Shown here one piece after another: positions 1 through 9,339 of a DNA stretch of 64,000 bases. The notes under the pieces were generated by a model that searched no databases, was not told the DNA's origin, and worked only from the letters and a program-made list of their open reading frames with translations. Each line of letters begins with the position of its first letter. Positions within the stretch are counted from its first letter, which is position 1. The translations under genes and the position numbers were made by a program. Location: positions 3,040,001 through 3,104,000 of the forward strand of contig CAWELD010000003.1 in assembly GCA_963809895.1 (NCBI GenBank). Reading direction: 5' to 3'. Source of the DNA: an uncultured Gemmatimonadales bacterium. Lineage in GTDB: Bacteria; Gemmatimonadota; Gemmatimonadetes; Longimicrobiales; Gaopeijiaceae.

Positions 1-273
1 GTGCCGACACCCGTGATGGGGGGCATTCTCATCCTGCTCTTCGGCGCCATCACCGTGGTGGGCATCCAGATCCTGGTCCGCGCCGGCGCGGAGCTCACCG
101 CGCCGCGCAATCTGACGGTGGTGGCCGTGATCCTGGTCACGGGCGTCGGGGGGATGTCCCTGGACGCCGGGGGCGCCGCGCTGTCCGGCATCGGTCTGGC
201 CGGTGTGGTCGGCGTCCTCGCCAACCTCGTGCTGCCGCGGGAGCGGACCCCGGCCGACGCCGGAGCGCGCTGA
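1..273 (+). CDS. Uracil/xanthine permease (NCS2/UraA family), C-terminal part, truncated by window edge
   Basis: PVMGGILILLFGAI...RNLTVVAVIL...GIGLAGVVGVLANLVLP resembles the last TM helices of UraA-type permeases. Confidence 0.8.
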   Translation: MPTPVMGGILILLFGAITVVGIQILVRAGAELTAPRNLTVVAVILVTGVGGMSLDAGGAALSGIGLAGVVGVLANLVLPRERTPADAGAR

Positions 274-279
274 GGGCCG

Positions 280-1593
280 CTACGCCACCTCCTCCAGCAC
301 CTCCCGGAGCACGGACAGGGTCCGGCGGGCCTCGTCTTCGGTGAAGACCAGCGGCGGCCGGAAGCGGATGGACCTGGGACCGCACACGAGCACCGCCAGA
401 CCCCGGTCCCAACAGCCCTGCTTGACCTTTCCACGCAGCTCACCGTCGGGCAGATCCATGGCGATCAGGAGTCCCTCGCCACGCACGTTGGTTACGACGG
501 GGAAATCCTTCGCCAGCGCATGCAATCCCTCCTTGAGCAGCGCGCCCACCCGGGCCGCGTTCTCCACCAAACCGTCCTCGTCGATGATCTGCAGGTAGCG
601 CGCGCAGCGGACCATGTCCACGAGATTGCCGCCCCAGGTGGAGTTGATGCGGCTGGAGACGTGGAAGACGTTCTTCTCCACCTCGTCGATGCGCCGCGTG
701 CTCATGACGCCGCACACCTGCGTCTTCTTGCCGAAAGCGATGAGGTCGGGCGTGATCCCGGTGTGCTCGTAGGCCCACATGGCGCCGGTGCCTCCGAGCC
801 CCGTCTGGACCTCGTCGAAGATGAGCAGCGCCTCGTAGCGGTCGGCGTACTCCCGCAGCCGGCGGAAGAACTCGGGCCGGAAGTGATGATCGCCACCCTC
901 ACACTGGATGGGCTCGATGAGGATGCCGGCGATGCCGTGGGGATCCGCGGCGAAGGCCGCCTCGATCTCCTCGAAGGTGCGCGCCTCCCTGGCCGCCGCC
1001 TCGTCCTCGTCGACGGGGAAGGTCAGGTAGGGACTCGAGACCCGAGGCCAGTCGAACTTCGGAAAATCCCGGGTCTTGGTGGGATCGGTGTTCGTCACGG
1101 AGAGCGTGTATCCGCTTCGTCCGTGGAAGGCGTCGGTGAAATGGAGGATCTTGTCGGCTCCACCCTCGATGCCCGCGGCCCGATTCTTCTGCGCCTTCCA
1201 GTCGAAGGCCGCCTTCATGGCGTTCTCCACGGCCAGGGCGCCGCCGGCCACGAAGAACAGGTACCGGAACTCGGCCGGCACGGCGAGCTCGCGGAAGGTC
1301 TTCACGAAGGCCGCGTACTGGCGCGAGTAGATGTCGCTGTTGGCCGGGTTGGACAGCGCCGCCGTCATGAGCGACTTCCGGAAGCCCTCGTCGTTCATCT
1401 TGGGGTGGTTGTGGCCCACCGGTAGCGTGGCGAAGTACCCGTAACAGTCCAGGTACTCCTTTCCTTCCAGCGCGTCCACGATGGTGGACCCGTGCGAGGC
1501 TTCGAGGTCGATGACGACGTGGAAGCCGTCGACCAGAATGTTGTCCTTGAGGATCGGAAAGACCTGATCGGCGGCGACTTTGATCTCGGGCAT
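280..1593 (-). CDS. lat: L-lysine 6-transaminase (class III PLP aminotransferase)
   Basis: AFHGRSGYTLS, IEPIQCEGGD, LIFDEVQTG, FGKKTQVCG (PLP lysine) and SSRINSTWGGNLVDMVR motifs typical of Lat. Confidence 0.92.
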   Translation of the reverse strand: MPEIKVAADQVFPILKDNILVDGFHVVIDLEASHGSTIVDALEGKEYLDCYGYFATLPVGHNHPKMNDEGFRKSLMTAALSNPANSDIYSRQYAAFVKTFRELAVPAEFRYLFFVAGGALAVENAMKAAFDWKAQKNRAAGIEGGADKILHFTDAFHGRSGYTLSVTNTDPTKTRDFPKFDWPRVSSPYLTFPVDEDEAAAREARTFEEIEAAFAADPHGIAGILIEPIQCEGGDHHFRPEFFRRLREYADRYEALLIFDEVQTGLGGTGAMWAYEHTGITPDLIAFGKKTQVCGVMSTRRIDEVEKNVFHVSSRINSTWGGNLVDMVRCARYLQIIDEDGLVENAARVGALLKEGLHALAKDFPVVTNVRGEGLLIAMDLPDGELRGKVKQGCWDRGLAVLVCGPRSIRFRPPLVFTEDEARRTLSVLREVLEEVA

Positions 1594-2011
1594 GATGAAC
1601 TCCGGGCCACAGAAGGTGCTGCTATCGAAGCGAAGGGTGATTACCGCGCGCTGCCCGGCTGCGGAAGTCGTGTTGGCACCGGGCGTGACGCCCGTTCCCG
1701 CCGGGTCAGTCCAGGCGCGGATTGGGTGGCGCGAAGATGCCCGGGCGGGCTTCGATGGGTCGCTGGAGTCGCATCATGACCGGAATCTAGCGAGGTCCCG
1801 GCGGAGGCCCAACCGAGAAGGTTGACCGCGTGACTCGACGGCGCGCATATACCCGAGACTTCACCGTGGTGGGTCCGCGCGCCGACCGGGTTGCGGACCG
1901 GCGCGTTGGAATCCTGGACCTGCCGAGCCTCGTAAGGGTGCGTGTCGTCATGGTGCCGGGTGGCCCTGCCACCTGCCACGTGCCCCCCGGAGAGCGCCGT
2001 TCGTGAATCCC

Positions 2012-2977
2012 ATGCACCCATCGAGAACGGCTCCGCTCCTCCTCGTCCTGACCACGGCGTTGGTGACCGCGTGCAACCCCGGCGCCCGCGAGGCTCGCGA
2101 GCTCGACGCGGCCTGCGAGAGCGGCGATGCCGCTGCCTGCAGCCAACTGGGACACGTGGTGGCTCAGGGTGAGCACGTTCTGCGGGATTGGCGTCGCGCG
2201 TCGCAGCTGTACCAGCGCGCCTGTGACGGCGGTCAGGGCGAGGGGTGCGTGCGCCTGGCGCGCATGCACGTACACGACGATGCCGACAACCGAGGCGTGA
2301 CGCTGGATTCGGCGGTCGCCGCGACCCTGCTCCTCAGGGGCTGCGACAGTGGCGCCCCCGCGGGCTGCACCGAGTTGGGCGACATGTACGCCGAGCCCGA
2401 CACGGTGCCGCCCGACTCCACCACCACCGGGCCCCTCCAGGATCTCGAACACGCCGCGCTGCTCTACCGTCGGGCCTGCGAGGCGGGCGGCGCGGACGGC
2501 TGCGCGCGCCTGGGCGTGTCGTACCGGGACGGGGCCGGCGTTCCGCGGGACTCCAGCAGGGCGGCGGCGCTCTTCCAGCAGGCGTGTGACGGGGGCTCGG
2601 CCCGTGGATGCACCCGCCTCGGCGAGGCCTTCGCCGCCGGAGCCGGCGTGGAGATGGATCCCGCGCATGCCGCGACACTCTTCGAGCAGGCCTGCGCGGA
2701 CGACATGCTCGGGTGCTTCGATCTGGCCGAGCAACTGGCCGCCGGCACGGGTCTCGCCCAGGACTGGGACCGCGCCGTGGAGCTTTACCGGAAGGCCTGC
2801 GACGGCGCCGTGGTGCGCGACGAAGGCCCACCTCCGGTTGCCGTGAGCTGTGATCGCCTCGGCACCCTCTACGCCAGCGGTACCGGCGTCGAGCGGAGCC
2901 CCTACCGCGCCGCCAGCCTGTTCCGGCGGGCTTGCCGCCTCGGCTACGACGAGGCCTGCTCCCGACCCGGAGCGTAG
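2012..2977 (+). CDS. Sel1-like repeat lipoprotein with cysteine pairs
   Basis: Lipobox-like LVTAC after a hydrophobic stretch; repeated A..LY.RAC.GG...GC..LG..Y..G.GV units; start could be 2003 or 2012. Confidence 0.85.
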   Translation: MHPSRTAPLLLVLTTALVTACNPGAREARELDAACESGDAAACSQLGHVVAQGEHVLRDWRRASQLYQRACDGGQGEGCVRLARMHVHDDADNRGVTLDSAVAATLLLRGCDSGAPAGCTELGDMYAEPDTVPPDSTTTGPLQDLEHAALLYRRACEAGGADGCARLGVSYRDGAGVPRDSSRAAALFQQACDGGSARGCTRLGEAFAAGAGVEMDPAHAATLFEQACADDMLGCFDLAEQLAAGTGLAQDWDRAVELYRKACDGAVVRDEGPPPVAVSCDRLGTLYASGTGVERSPYRAASLFRRACRLGYDEACSRPGA

Positions 2978-2981
2978 TCCC

Positions 2982-3905
2982 GTGGAACCACTGGTCGTCG
3001 CCGAGAATCTCACCAAGCACTACGGCAATGTCGTGGCGCTGGACGGGGTCAGCTTCGGGATCTTCGACGGCATCACCGGCATCCTGGGCGAGAACGGCGC
3101 CGGCAAGAGCACGGCCATCAAGATCTTCCTGGGCCTGCTGCCCCCGACCTCCGGCTCCGCCCACGTTCTCGGAGAGGACGCCACCCGGAGCGTGGCGGTG
3201 CGCTCGAGGCTGGGCTACATGCCGGAGCACGACTGTCTGCCCAGCAGCGTGAGCGCGGCCGAATTCCTGACCCACATGGCCGAGGTGAGCGGTCTGCCGC
3301 CGTCTCAGGCTCGCACCCGCGCCGCGGACACCCTGCGCCACGCCGGCCTCTTCGAAGAACGGTACCGACCCATGCGGGGCTATTCCACGGGCATGAAGCA
3401 ACGGGTGAAGCTCGCCCAGGCGCTGGTCCACGACCCCCGCATGATCTTCCTGGACGAGCCCACGGCGGGCCTGGATCCGGCGGGCCGGGAGGAGATGCTG
3501 GAACTGGTTCGGAAGACCCACCGCGAGTTCGGCATCAGCATCCTCCTCTCCTCGCACCTCATGGCCGACGTGGAGCGCACGTGTGACCGCATCCTCGTGC
3601 TCCAGGCCGGCCGCCTGGTGCAGTCGGGTGAGGTGAGCCATTTCACCACCGAGACCGAGAGCGTCTTCATCGAAGTGGACGCCCATCGCGAGGCGGTGGT
3701 GGCCGCGCTCGAGGAGCGTGGCGTGGCGGTGCGGGTCGACGGTAGCGGACTCCAGGTGGACGGCACCGACGCCTCGGTCTACGACCTGGTACGCGACGCG
3801 GTGGTGGCCGTCGGCGCTCCGCTCCGCAGGATGGCGCCGCGCCGCCGGGCTCTGGCCGAGCTGTTCGCGCGACCGGAAGACGACGCCCCGGAGGACGCCC
3901 CGTGA
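2982..3905 (+). CDS. ABC transporter ATP-binding protein
   Basis: GENGAGKST, YSTGMKQR, IFLDEPT; GTG at 2982 just after the upstream stop. Confidence 0.92.
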   Translation: MEPLVVAENLTKHYGNVVALDGVSFGIFDGITGILGENGAGKSTAIKIFLGLLPPTSGSAHVLGEDATRSVAVRSRLGYMPEHDCLPSSVSAAEFLTHMAEVSGLPPSQARTRAADTLRHAGLFEERYRPMRGYSTGMKQRVKLAQALVHDPRMIFLDEPTAGLDPAGREEMLELVRKTHREFGISILLSSHLMADVERTCDRILVLQAGRLVQSGEVSHFTTETESVFIEVDAHREAVVAALEERGVAVRVDGSGLQVDGTDASVYDLVRDAVVAVGAPLRRMAPRRRALAELFARPEDDAPEDAP

Positions 3906-4852
3906 GCGCGCGGCCGCAGGAAAGTGCGTCCACCGCCGAGCCGGTGGGCGGCGCGGCCGGAACCGTCTTCGACATCGGCTACCAGAGCTACAGGGGGCCC
4001 CGCGAAGGACGTGGCCGGGCCCGCCTCGCCATCTTCAAGGACGGGGTGCGCACATCACTGGGCCTGGGACGCGGCATCCGGGCCAAGGTCCTGCCGTGGA
4101 CCTTCATTCTCCTGCTCATGGCCATCGGCTTCATCATGGCGCTGGTGGCCGGCGCCGTGTTGCGGTTGGCCGGACCCGACGCGGTGGATCAGCTCCCGTC
4201 GCACTCCGACTTCTACGGCGCGGCGTCCATCTTCTTCTTCGTGTTCGCAGCGGTGGTGGCTCCGGAGTTGCTCTGTCCCGATCGGCGGCGGGGCGTCATC
4301 AACCTGTATCTGGTGCGCCCCCTGACGGGGTCGGACTACATCGTGGCCCGGTGGCTCGCGTTTCTGGCGGTCTCGTGCGGCGTCGCCTGGGCTCCCCAGT
4401 TCGTGCTCCTGGTGGGCAGGATCATGGGAAATCCGGATCCGGTGGCCTACGTGCAGGCGAACTGGCTGGACGTGCCGCGGATCCTTCTGGCAGGCGCCGC
4501 GCTGGCGGCGTACACCACGACCCTGGCCATGCTGGTGGCGGGATTCACGACCCGGAGAGCGTACGCCTCGGTCTTCATGGTCGGGCTGTTCGTGATCACC
4601 ACCCCGTTCACGGCGGGGATGGCCGCCGAGCTCGCCGACACGGCCCCCACCGCCGCCCGCTGGCTCTCGCTCTTCAACCTCAGCAACATCCCCGTCTACG
4701 TGAACGACCTGGTCTTCGACGACGTGAGCGCCATCACCAGCGTGGCTCCGGCGCGGGAGCTGTCGGCCTGGATCCTGGTGGGCTGGTACCTGCTCTGGGT
4801 GGTGGTCCCGGGAGGCGTGCTGTGGGCGCGCTATCGGCGGTTGAACCCGTGA
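3902..4852 (+). CDS. ABC-2 type transporter permease
   Basis: About six hydrophobic helices, DRRRGVINLYLVRPL loop; GTGA overlap with the ATPase gene. Confidence 0.85.
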   Translation: MSARPQESASTAEPVGGAAGTVFDIGYQSYRGPREGRGRARLAIFKDGVRTSLGLGRGIRAKVLPWTFILLLMAIGFIMALVAGAVLRLAGPDAVDQLPSHSDFYGAASIFFFVFAAVVAPELLCPDRRRGVINLYLVRPLTGSDYIVARWLAFLAVSCGVAWAPQFVLLVGRIMGNPDPVAYVQANWLDVPRILLAGAALAAYTTTLAMLVAGFTTRRAYASVFMVGLFVITTPFTAGMAAELADTAPTAARWLSLFNLSNIPVYVNDLVFDDVSAITSVAPARELSAWILVGWYLLWVVVPGGVLWARYRRLNP

Positions 4853-5772
4853 GCGGATCCGCGGTGATCCGGGTGGAGGCCGTGTCCCGCTGGTTCGGGA
4901 GCGTGGTGGCGGTGAGCGACGTCTCCTTCGCCGTCGAGCCGGGGATCACGGGCCTCCTGGGCCCCAACGGCGCGGGCAAGACGACGCTGCTCCGCATGAT
5001 GACCGGCCTCGCGGAGGTATCCGACGGCTCCATCACCATGTTCGGACAGCCGGTGCGCGACAATCCGCCGCTCTACCGCCGCATCGGCGTCATGTCCGAG
5101 CACGAAACCGTCTACCCCTTCATGAAGGGCCGCGACTTCGTGCGCATGATGGCGAACCTGCGCCAGGTGGACGATCCGGGCGCGGCCGCGGAGCGAGCCA
5201 TCGGTCTGGTGGATCTGGCAGCCGCCGCGGAGCTGCCCATGGGCACCTATTCCCGGGGGATGAAGCAACGCATCCGCCTCGCGGCCACCATCGTCCACGA
5301 CCCCGAGGTGCTCATCCTCGACGAGCCGCTGAACGGCGCCGATCCCCGCCAACGGGTCCACTTCCAGAGCCTCCTGCGCCGCTTCGCCGCCGAGGGTCGC
5401 ACCATCGTACTGTCCTCGCACATCCTCGAAGAGGTGGAGCAGATCGCCGACACCGTGCTCCTGATCATCAACGGCAAGCTCGCCGCTTCGGGGGGATTCC
5501 GTGCCATCCGTGCCGCACTGGACAAGCGACCCTACCACGTGCGGGTGGTCGCGGACGCGCCCAGGGAGCTGGCGGCGGCCGTGGTCCGCCTCGAGTCCGT
5601 GGACGCGGTCAACGTCGACCCCGATGGCGCCATCATCGTGCTGAGCCGCAAGGTGCGGGAGCTACAGATGGAGCTCCCGAAGCTCGCCCGCGACGCCGGC
5701 ATCGGCCTGCGCCGGGTGGAGCCCCTGGACGACTCGCTGGAAAGCGTCTTCGGATATCTGGTGGAGCGCTGA
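4849..5772 (+). CDS. ABC transporter ATP-binding protein
   Basis: GPNGAGKTT, YSRGMKQR, LILDEPL; GTGA overlap at 4849-4852. Confidence 0.92.
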   Translation: MSGSAVIRVEAVSRWFGSVVAVSDVSFAVEPGITGLLGPNGAGKTTLLRMMTGLAEVSDGSITMFGQPVRDNPPLYRRIGVMSEHETVYPFMKGRDFVRMMANLRQVDDPGAAAERAIGLVDLAAAAELPMGTYSRGMKQRIRLAATIVHDPEVLILDEPLNGADPRQRVHFQSLLRRFAAEGRTIVLSSHILEEVEQIADTVLLIINGKLAASGGFRAIRAALDKRPYHVRVVADAPRELAAAVVRLESVDAVNVDPDGAIIVLSRKVRELQMELPKLARDAGIGLRRVEPLDDSLESVFGYLVER

Positions 5773-5773
5773 C

Positions 5774-6487
5774 ATGGGTCCCGTCTTCCGACTCACGCTG
5801 CGCCAGCTCACGGGCCGCTGGCGGCTCGCCATCATGACCGTGCTCGCCGCGCTCCCGGTGATCTTCACGGCGCTGGTGGTGCGGTCGGCGGCCACCCCCT
5901 TCGTGGGCGAGTTCGAGGTCATCGTCCTGAGCACCATGCTCGCCGGCTCCATCGCGCCGCTCATCGTCGTCGCCATCGGCACCGTGGCCTTCGGCAACGA
6001 ACTCGAGGACCGCACGCTGGCCAACCTGACGCTGGCCCCGATCCCCCGCTGGCAGATCGTCGTGCCCAAGTTCGCGGCCACCGCGGCGGTGGCCGCGCCC
6101 TTCATCGTGGGCAGCGCATTCCTCACCAGCTACCTGGCCTTCAACCACGACATGACGGCTGTGAGGGCTGTGACCATCGCGGCGCTGGCCGGACTCCTCA
6201 TGTACGCCTCGGCCTTCGTCTGGCTGGGCCTGGCGACTCGTCAGGCCATCGGCATCGGGCTCTCCTACATCGTGCTGTGGGAGGGATTCTTCTCGGGCTA
6301 CGTGTCCGGGATCCGCCTGTTGAGCATCCGCCACTACTCCATCGCCCTCATGCACGGGCTGGATCCCCGGCGCTTCGTCACCGATCCCCACGTGAGCCTC
6401 GGCGTGGCGGCCGCCGCACCCGTGGTGATCTGCGCCCTGTTCGTCTGGCTGTCCGTCCGCCGGCTCCGGCGCATGGACGTGCCCTGA
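5774..6487 (+). CDS. ABC-2 type transporter permease
   Basis: Multi-TM protein with ELEDRTLANLTLAPIPRW loop; last gene of the ABC operon. Confidence 0.85.
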   Translation: MGPVFRLTLRQLTGRWRLAIMTVLAALPVIFTALVVRSAATPFVGEFEVIVLSTMLAGSIAPLIVVAIGTVAFGNELEDRTLANLTLAPIPRWQIVVPKFAATAAVAAPFIVGSAFLTSYLAFNHDMTAVRAVTIAALAGLLMYASAFVWLGLATRQAIGIGLSYIVLWEGFFSGYVSGIRLLSIRHYSIALMHGLDPRRFVTDPHVSLGVAAAAPVVICALFVWLSVRRLRRMDVP

Positions 6488-6624
6488 GGCCAGGCGGCCG
6501 CCGCCGACAGCTTCGTGCCCCCGGGTGCCGTGCGACCCGCGGACCGGCTTTCACCGCTGCGGCACCAATGAGGGAGTCGCGGATACTGTTGCGTACGACC
6601 CTTCCATTCCGTCAGGAGCCTGCC

Positions 6625-7140
6625 ATGTCCGATCCGGGTTATTCCACCATTCTCGAAGAGGCCCTGGAGGGCTGGGAAGGCGTCCGGCGCGGTGTCATCG
6701 CCGAGGTGGAGAACCTGCCGGCGGACCGCTTCGACTGGCGCTGGGCCGAAGGCTCGCGCTCCGTGGCGGAGCTCGTCGAGCACATCCTGGAGTCGGGGCT
6801 CCTCATGAAGGAGCTGCTCCGCGCGGACGGAGACTTCACGCGCGCGCCCCATCCGGAGCTCATCGCCGAACACGCCGGCGACCTGCCCCGGGGCGGCAAC
6901 AAGGAGCGGTTGGTGCGCCTCCTCGAGGACACGCACGCCGAGCTGGACGCCGCCTTCCGCGAGGCCGGCGAGCTACACATGCTCCAGCACGTCAACCGCT
7001 TCGACGGCAAGCCCGGCACCCGCCTGGCCTGGTTCGAGCACGGCGTGGCCCACGAGTACTACCACGGCGGGCAGTTGGCCATGATCGGCCGGCTCCTGGG
7101 CGAGGTCCCGGCGCTCACCAAGCGCATCCTGGGGGTGTGA
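6625..7140 (+). CDS. DinB family protein
   Basis: RSVAELVEHI and HEYYHGGQL histidine motifs; CAGGAG RBS before ATG 6625. Confidence 0.85.
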   Translation: MSDPGYSTILEEALEGWEGVRRGVIAEVENLPADRFDWRWAEGSRSVAELVEHILESGLLMKELLRADGDFTRAPHPELIAEHAGDLPRGGNKERLVRLLEDTHAELDAAFREAGELHMLQHVNRFDGKPGTRLAWFEHGVAHEYYHGGQLAMIGRLLGEVPALTKRILGV

Positions 7141-7142
7141 CG

Positions 7143-8114
7143 ATGCGTCGGGTCCCCCTGGGCACCACCGGCATCCAGGTATCCGAGCTCTGCTTCGGCA
7201 CCATGACCTTCGGCCGCGAGTCCGACGAAGCGACCAGCGCCGAGGTATACGCCCGCTGCCGCGAGGCCGGCATCGACTTCTTCGACTGCGCCAACGTGTA
7301 CGCCGGTGGCGACTCGGAGCGCATCCTGGGCAAGCTCCTGGCACACGAGCGCGACCAGGTGGTCCTGACGTCCAAGGTGTATTTCACCATGGGCGAGGGA
7401 CCCCGGGCCCGGGGCTACTCACGGGCCGCCATCATGCATCAGGTGGAGGGGAGCCTGAAGCGCCTGGGCACCGACTACCTGGACCTCTACTTCCTTCATC
7501 GCTTCGACGAGAACACCCCCGTCGAGGACGCGCTGCGCGCCCTGGACGACCTGGTGCGCGACGGCAAGGTCCGCTATCCGGCGGTGAGCAACTTCGCGGC
7601 GTGGCAGATCGCCCGCGCGCTGGGCACGTCGGCGCGGCTGGGGCTGGCCGCGTTCCGCTGCGTGCAGCCCATGTACAACCTGCTCAAGCGCCAGGCCGAG
7701 GTGGAGATCCTGCCGCTGGCGCAGGAAGAAGGTCTCGCGGTGACACCCTACAGCCCCATGGCCGGCGGCGTGCTCACCGGCAAGTACGGAGACAAGGACC
7801 TCTCGGTGGACGGGCGGCTGCACACCAGCGAGATGTACCAGAAGCGCTATGGTGAAGACGCCAACTTCCAGGTGGCACGCTCCTTCGCCGCGCTGGCCCG
7901 GGAGCACGGCTGGCACCCGGCGGCACTGGCCGTGGCCTGGGTGGCCAAGCACCCGGCGGTCACCGCGCCCATCATCGGGGCACGCAATCTCGACCAGCTC
8001 GAATCGACGCTCACCGCGCTGGACATCGACCTCGACGACGACACCTACGCCCAGGTGTCGGCGTTGACCCCGACGCCACCCCCCGCGACGGACCGGTCGG
8101 AAGAGCGCATGTAG
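7143..8114 (+). CDS. Aldo/keto reductase
   Basis: LGTTGIQVSELCFGTMTFG, FFDCANVY, SKV, DLYFLHRFD, PYSPMAGGVLTGKY. Confidence 0.93.
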   Translation: MRRVPLGTTGIQVSELCFGTMTFGRESDEATSAEVYARCREAGIDFFDCANVYAGGDSERILGKLLAHERDQVVLTSKVYFTMGEGPRARGYSRAAIMHQVEGSLKRLGTDYLDLYFLHRFDENTPVEDALRALDDLVRDGKVRYPAVSNFAAWQIARALGTSARLGLAAFRCVQPMYNLLKRQAEVEILPLAQEEGLAVTPYSPMAGGVLTGKYGDKDLSVDGRLHTSEMYQKRYGEDANFQVARSFAALAREHGWHPAALAVAWVAKHPAVTAPIIGARNLDQLESTLTALDIDLDDDTYAQVSALTPTPPPATDRSEERM

Positions 8115-8125
8115 GGGGTGGGGCC

Positions 8126-8938
8126 TTGAAGACGCTGGGTTGGGTACGCATAGCCGTCCTGGTAGTCGTTTATCTCACGGTGGCGCTGCTGGCGTCGGCG
8201 GCCATCCGCAGGCGAGGCTCGGACCTCCGGGACATGGAGGCACGGAGCTCCTCCTTTCCCCTGATCGTCGGTGCGGCCGGCAACGTGCTCGTTCTCGCGG
8301 CAACGCTGGCGTTTCTCGCGCTGGTGGACGGGCGCCCCCTCTCGTCGCTCGGGCTGGGCTTCGGGCATCGCGACCTCCTCTTCAGCATGGCGGCCGCGGT
8401 ACTTACGCCGGCGAGCGCGGGCCTGTTCCTCATGGTGCTGCGACGCCTCCGCCTGGTGCAGGTCCAGCCTCGCGCCCTGTCGCGCCACCACGCCCGGGGA
8501 CTCCTCGCCGTCGCCGGTGTCCTGCTCGCGGTGGCGCTGCAAGAAGAGGTGCTCTACCGGGGCTACGTCACCCTCAACCTGCTGACGTACGGCGCCCCAA
8601 CCGTGATCGTGGCCAGCACGCTGATCTTCACCTTGATCCACTTCCCCACCAATCGCGTCACTCGCCCACAGGTCGTGAGTTGGCTGCTCGGCGGCCTCGT
8701 GTTGGGGTGGAGCTATCTCGCCAGCGGCTCGATCTGGGTGCCGGTCATCCTCCACTTCGGCATCGACATGACCAACGTGGTCGCTCTGGGGGTGGTGGGA
8801 GATCTGGCCCTGGTCGACCTGTCCCGACCGATCTCGGCCCGGGACCGCGCGATGTACCGGCTGGGCTACGCCGCACTGATCGGGAGTGCGCTCTTCGTGG
8901 TCTACGGCAACCACCTGGCAGGACGCTTCTCGCCATGA
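8126..8938 (+). CDS. CPBP (CAAX/Abi) family intramembrane glutamic endopeptidase
   Basis: QEEVLYRGY, FTLIH and ILH motifs in a multi-TM protein. Confidence 0.85.
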   Translation: MKTLGWVRIAVLVVVYLTVALLASAAIRRRGSDLRDMEARSSSFPLIVGAAGNVLVLAATLAFLALVDGRPLSSLGLGFGHRDLLFSMAAAVLTPASAGLFLMVLRRLRLVQVQPRALSRHHARGLLAVAGVLLAVALQEEVLYRGYVTLNLLTYGAPTVIVASTLIFTLIHFPTNRVTRPQVVSWLLGGLVLGWSYLASGSIWVPVILHFGIDMTNVVALGVVGDLALVDLSRPISARDRAMYRLGYAALIGSALFVVYGNHLAGRFSP

Positions 8939-9285
8939 CGACCCTCCAGCGCATCAACCTCGGCCTCCGGGCCCTCATGGAGACCGGTATCGTGTGCGCC
9001 CTGGGGTACTGGGGATACCAGAGCGCCGGCGCACCCTGGAGTCGCATCCTGCTGGCCGTGGCCGCGCCCGTGTTGGGATTCGGCTTCTGGGGCGCCGTGG
9101 ATTTCCGACAGGCTGGACGTTGGGCGGAGCCTCTTCGCCTCGCCCAGGAGCTCGTCGTTTCCGGGCTCGCGGCGGTGGCGTTCTACGCCAGCGGCCAGCA
9201 CCTCCTGGCATGGGTGCTGGCCGCGGTCTCGGTGGTGCATCACGTCCTGATCTACGTCTCGGGGGGGCGGCTGCTGAAGCCGTGA
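8935..9285 (+). CDS. YrdB (DUF2568)-like membrane protein
   Basis: NLGLRALMETGIVCALGYWG N-terminus, four TM helices; ATGA overlap with upstream stop. Confidence 0.75.
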   Translation: MTTLQRINLGLRALMETGIVCALGYWGYQSAGAPWSRILLAVAAPVLGFGFWGAVDFRQAGRWAEPLRLAQELVVSGLAAVAFYASGQHLLAWVLAAVSVVHHVLIYVSGGRLLKP

Positions 9286-9339
9286 TGGAGGGAGGAGCAA
9301 CATGGAAGGGCGCCCCCCGGCGCCCCGCCCAACCCCATG

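Noticed and set aside
1594..2002. Riboswitch or ncRNA in the intergenic region upstream of lat
   Set aside because: I could not recognise lysine-riboswitch or other conserved RNA motifs by eye; an Rfam scan would be needed to exclude one
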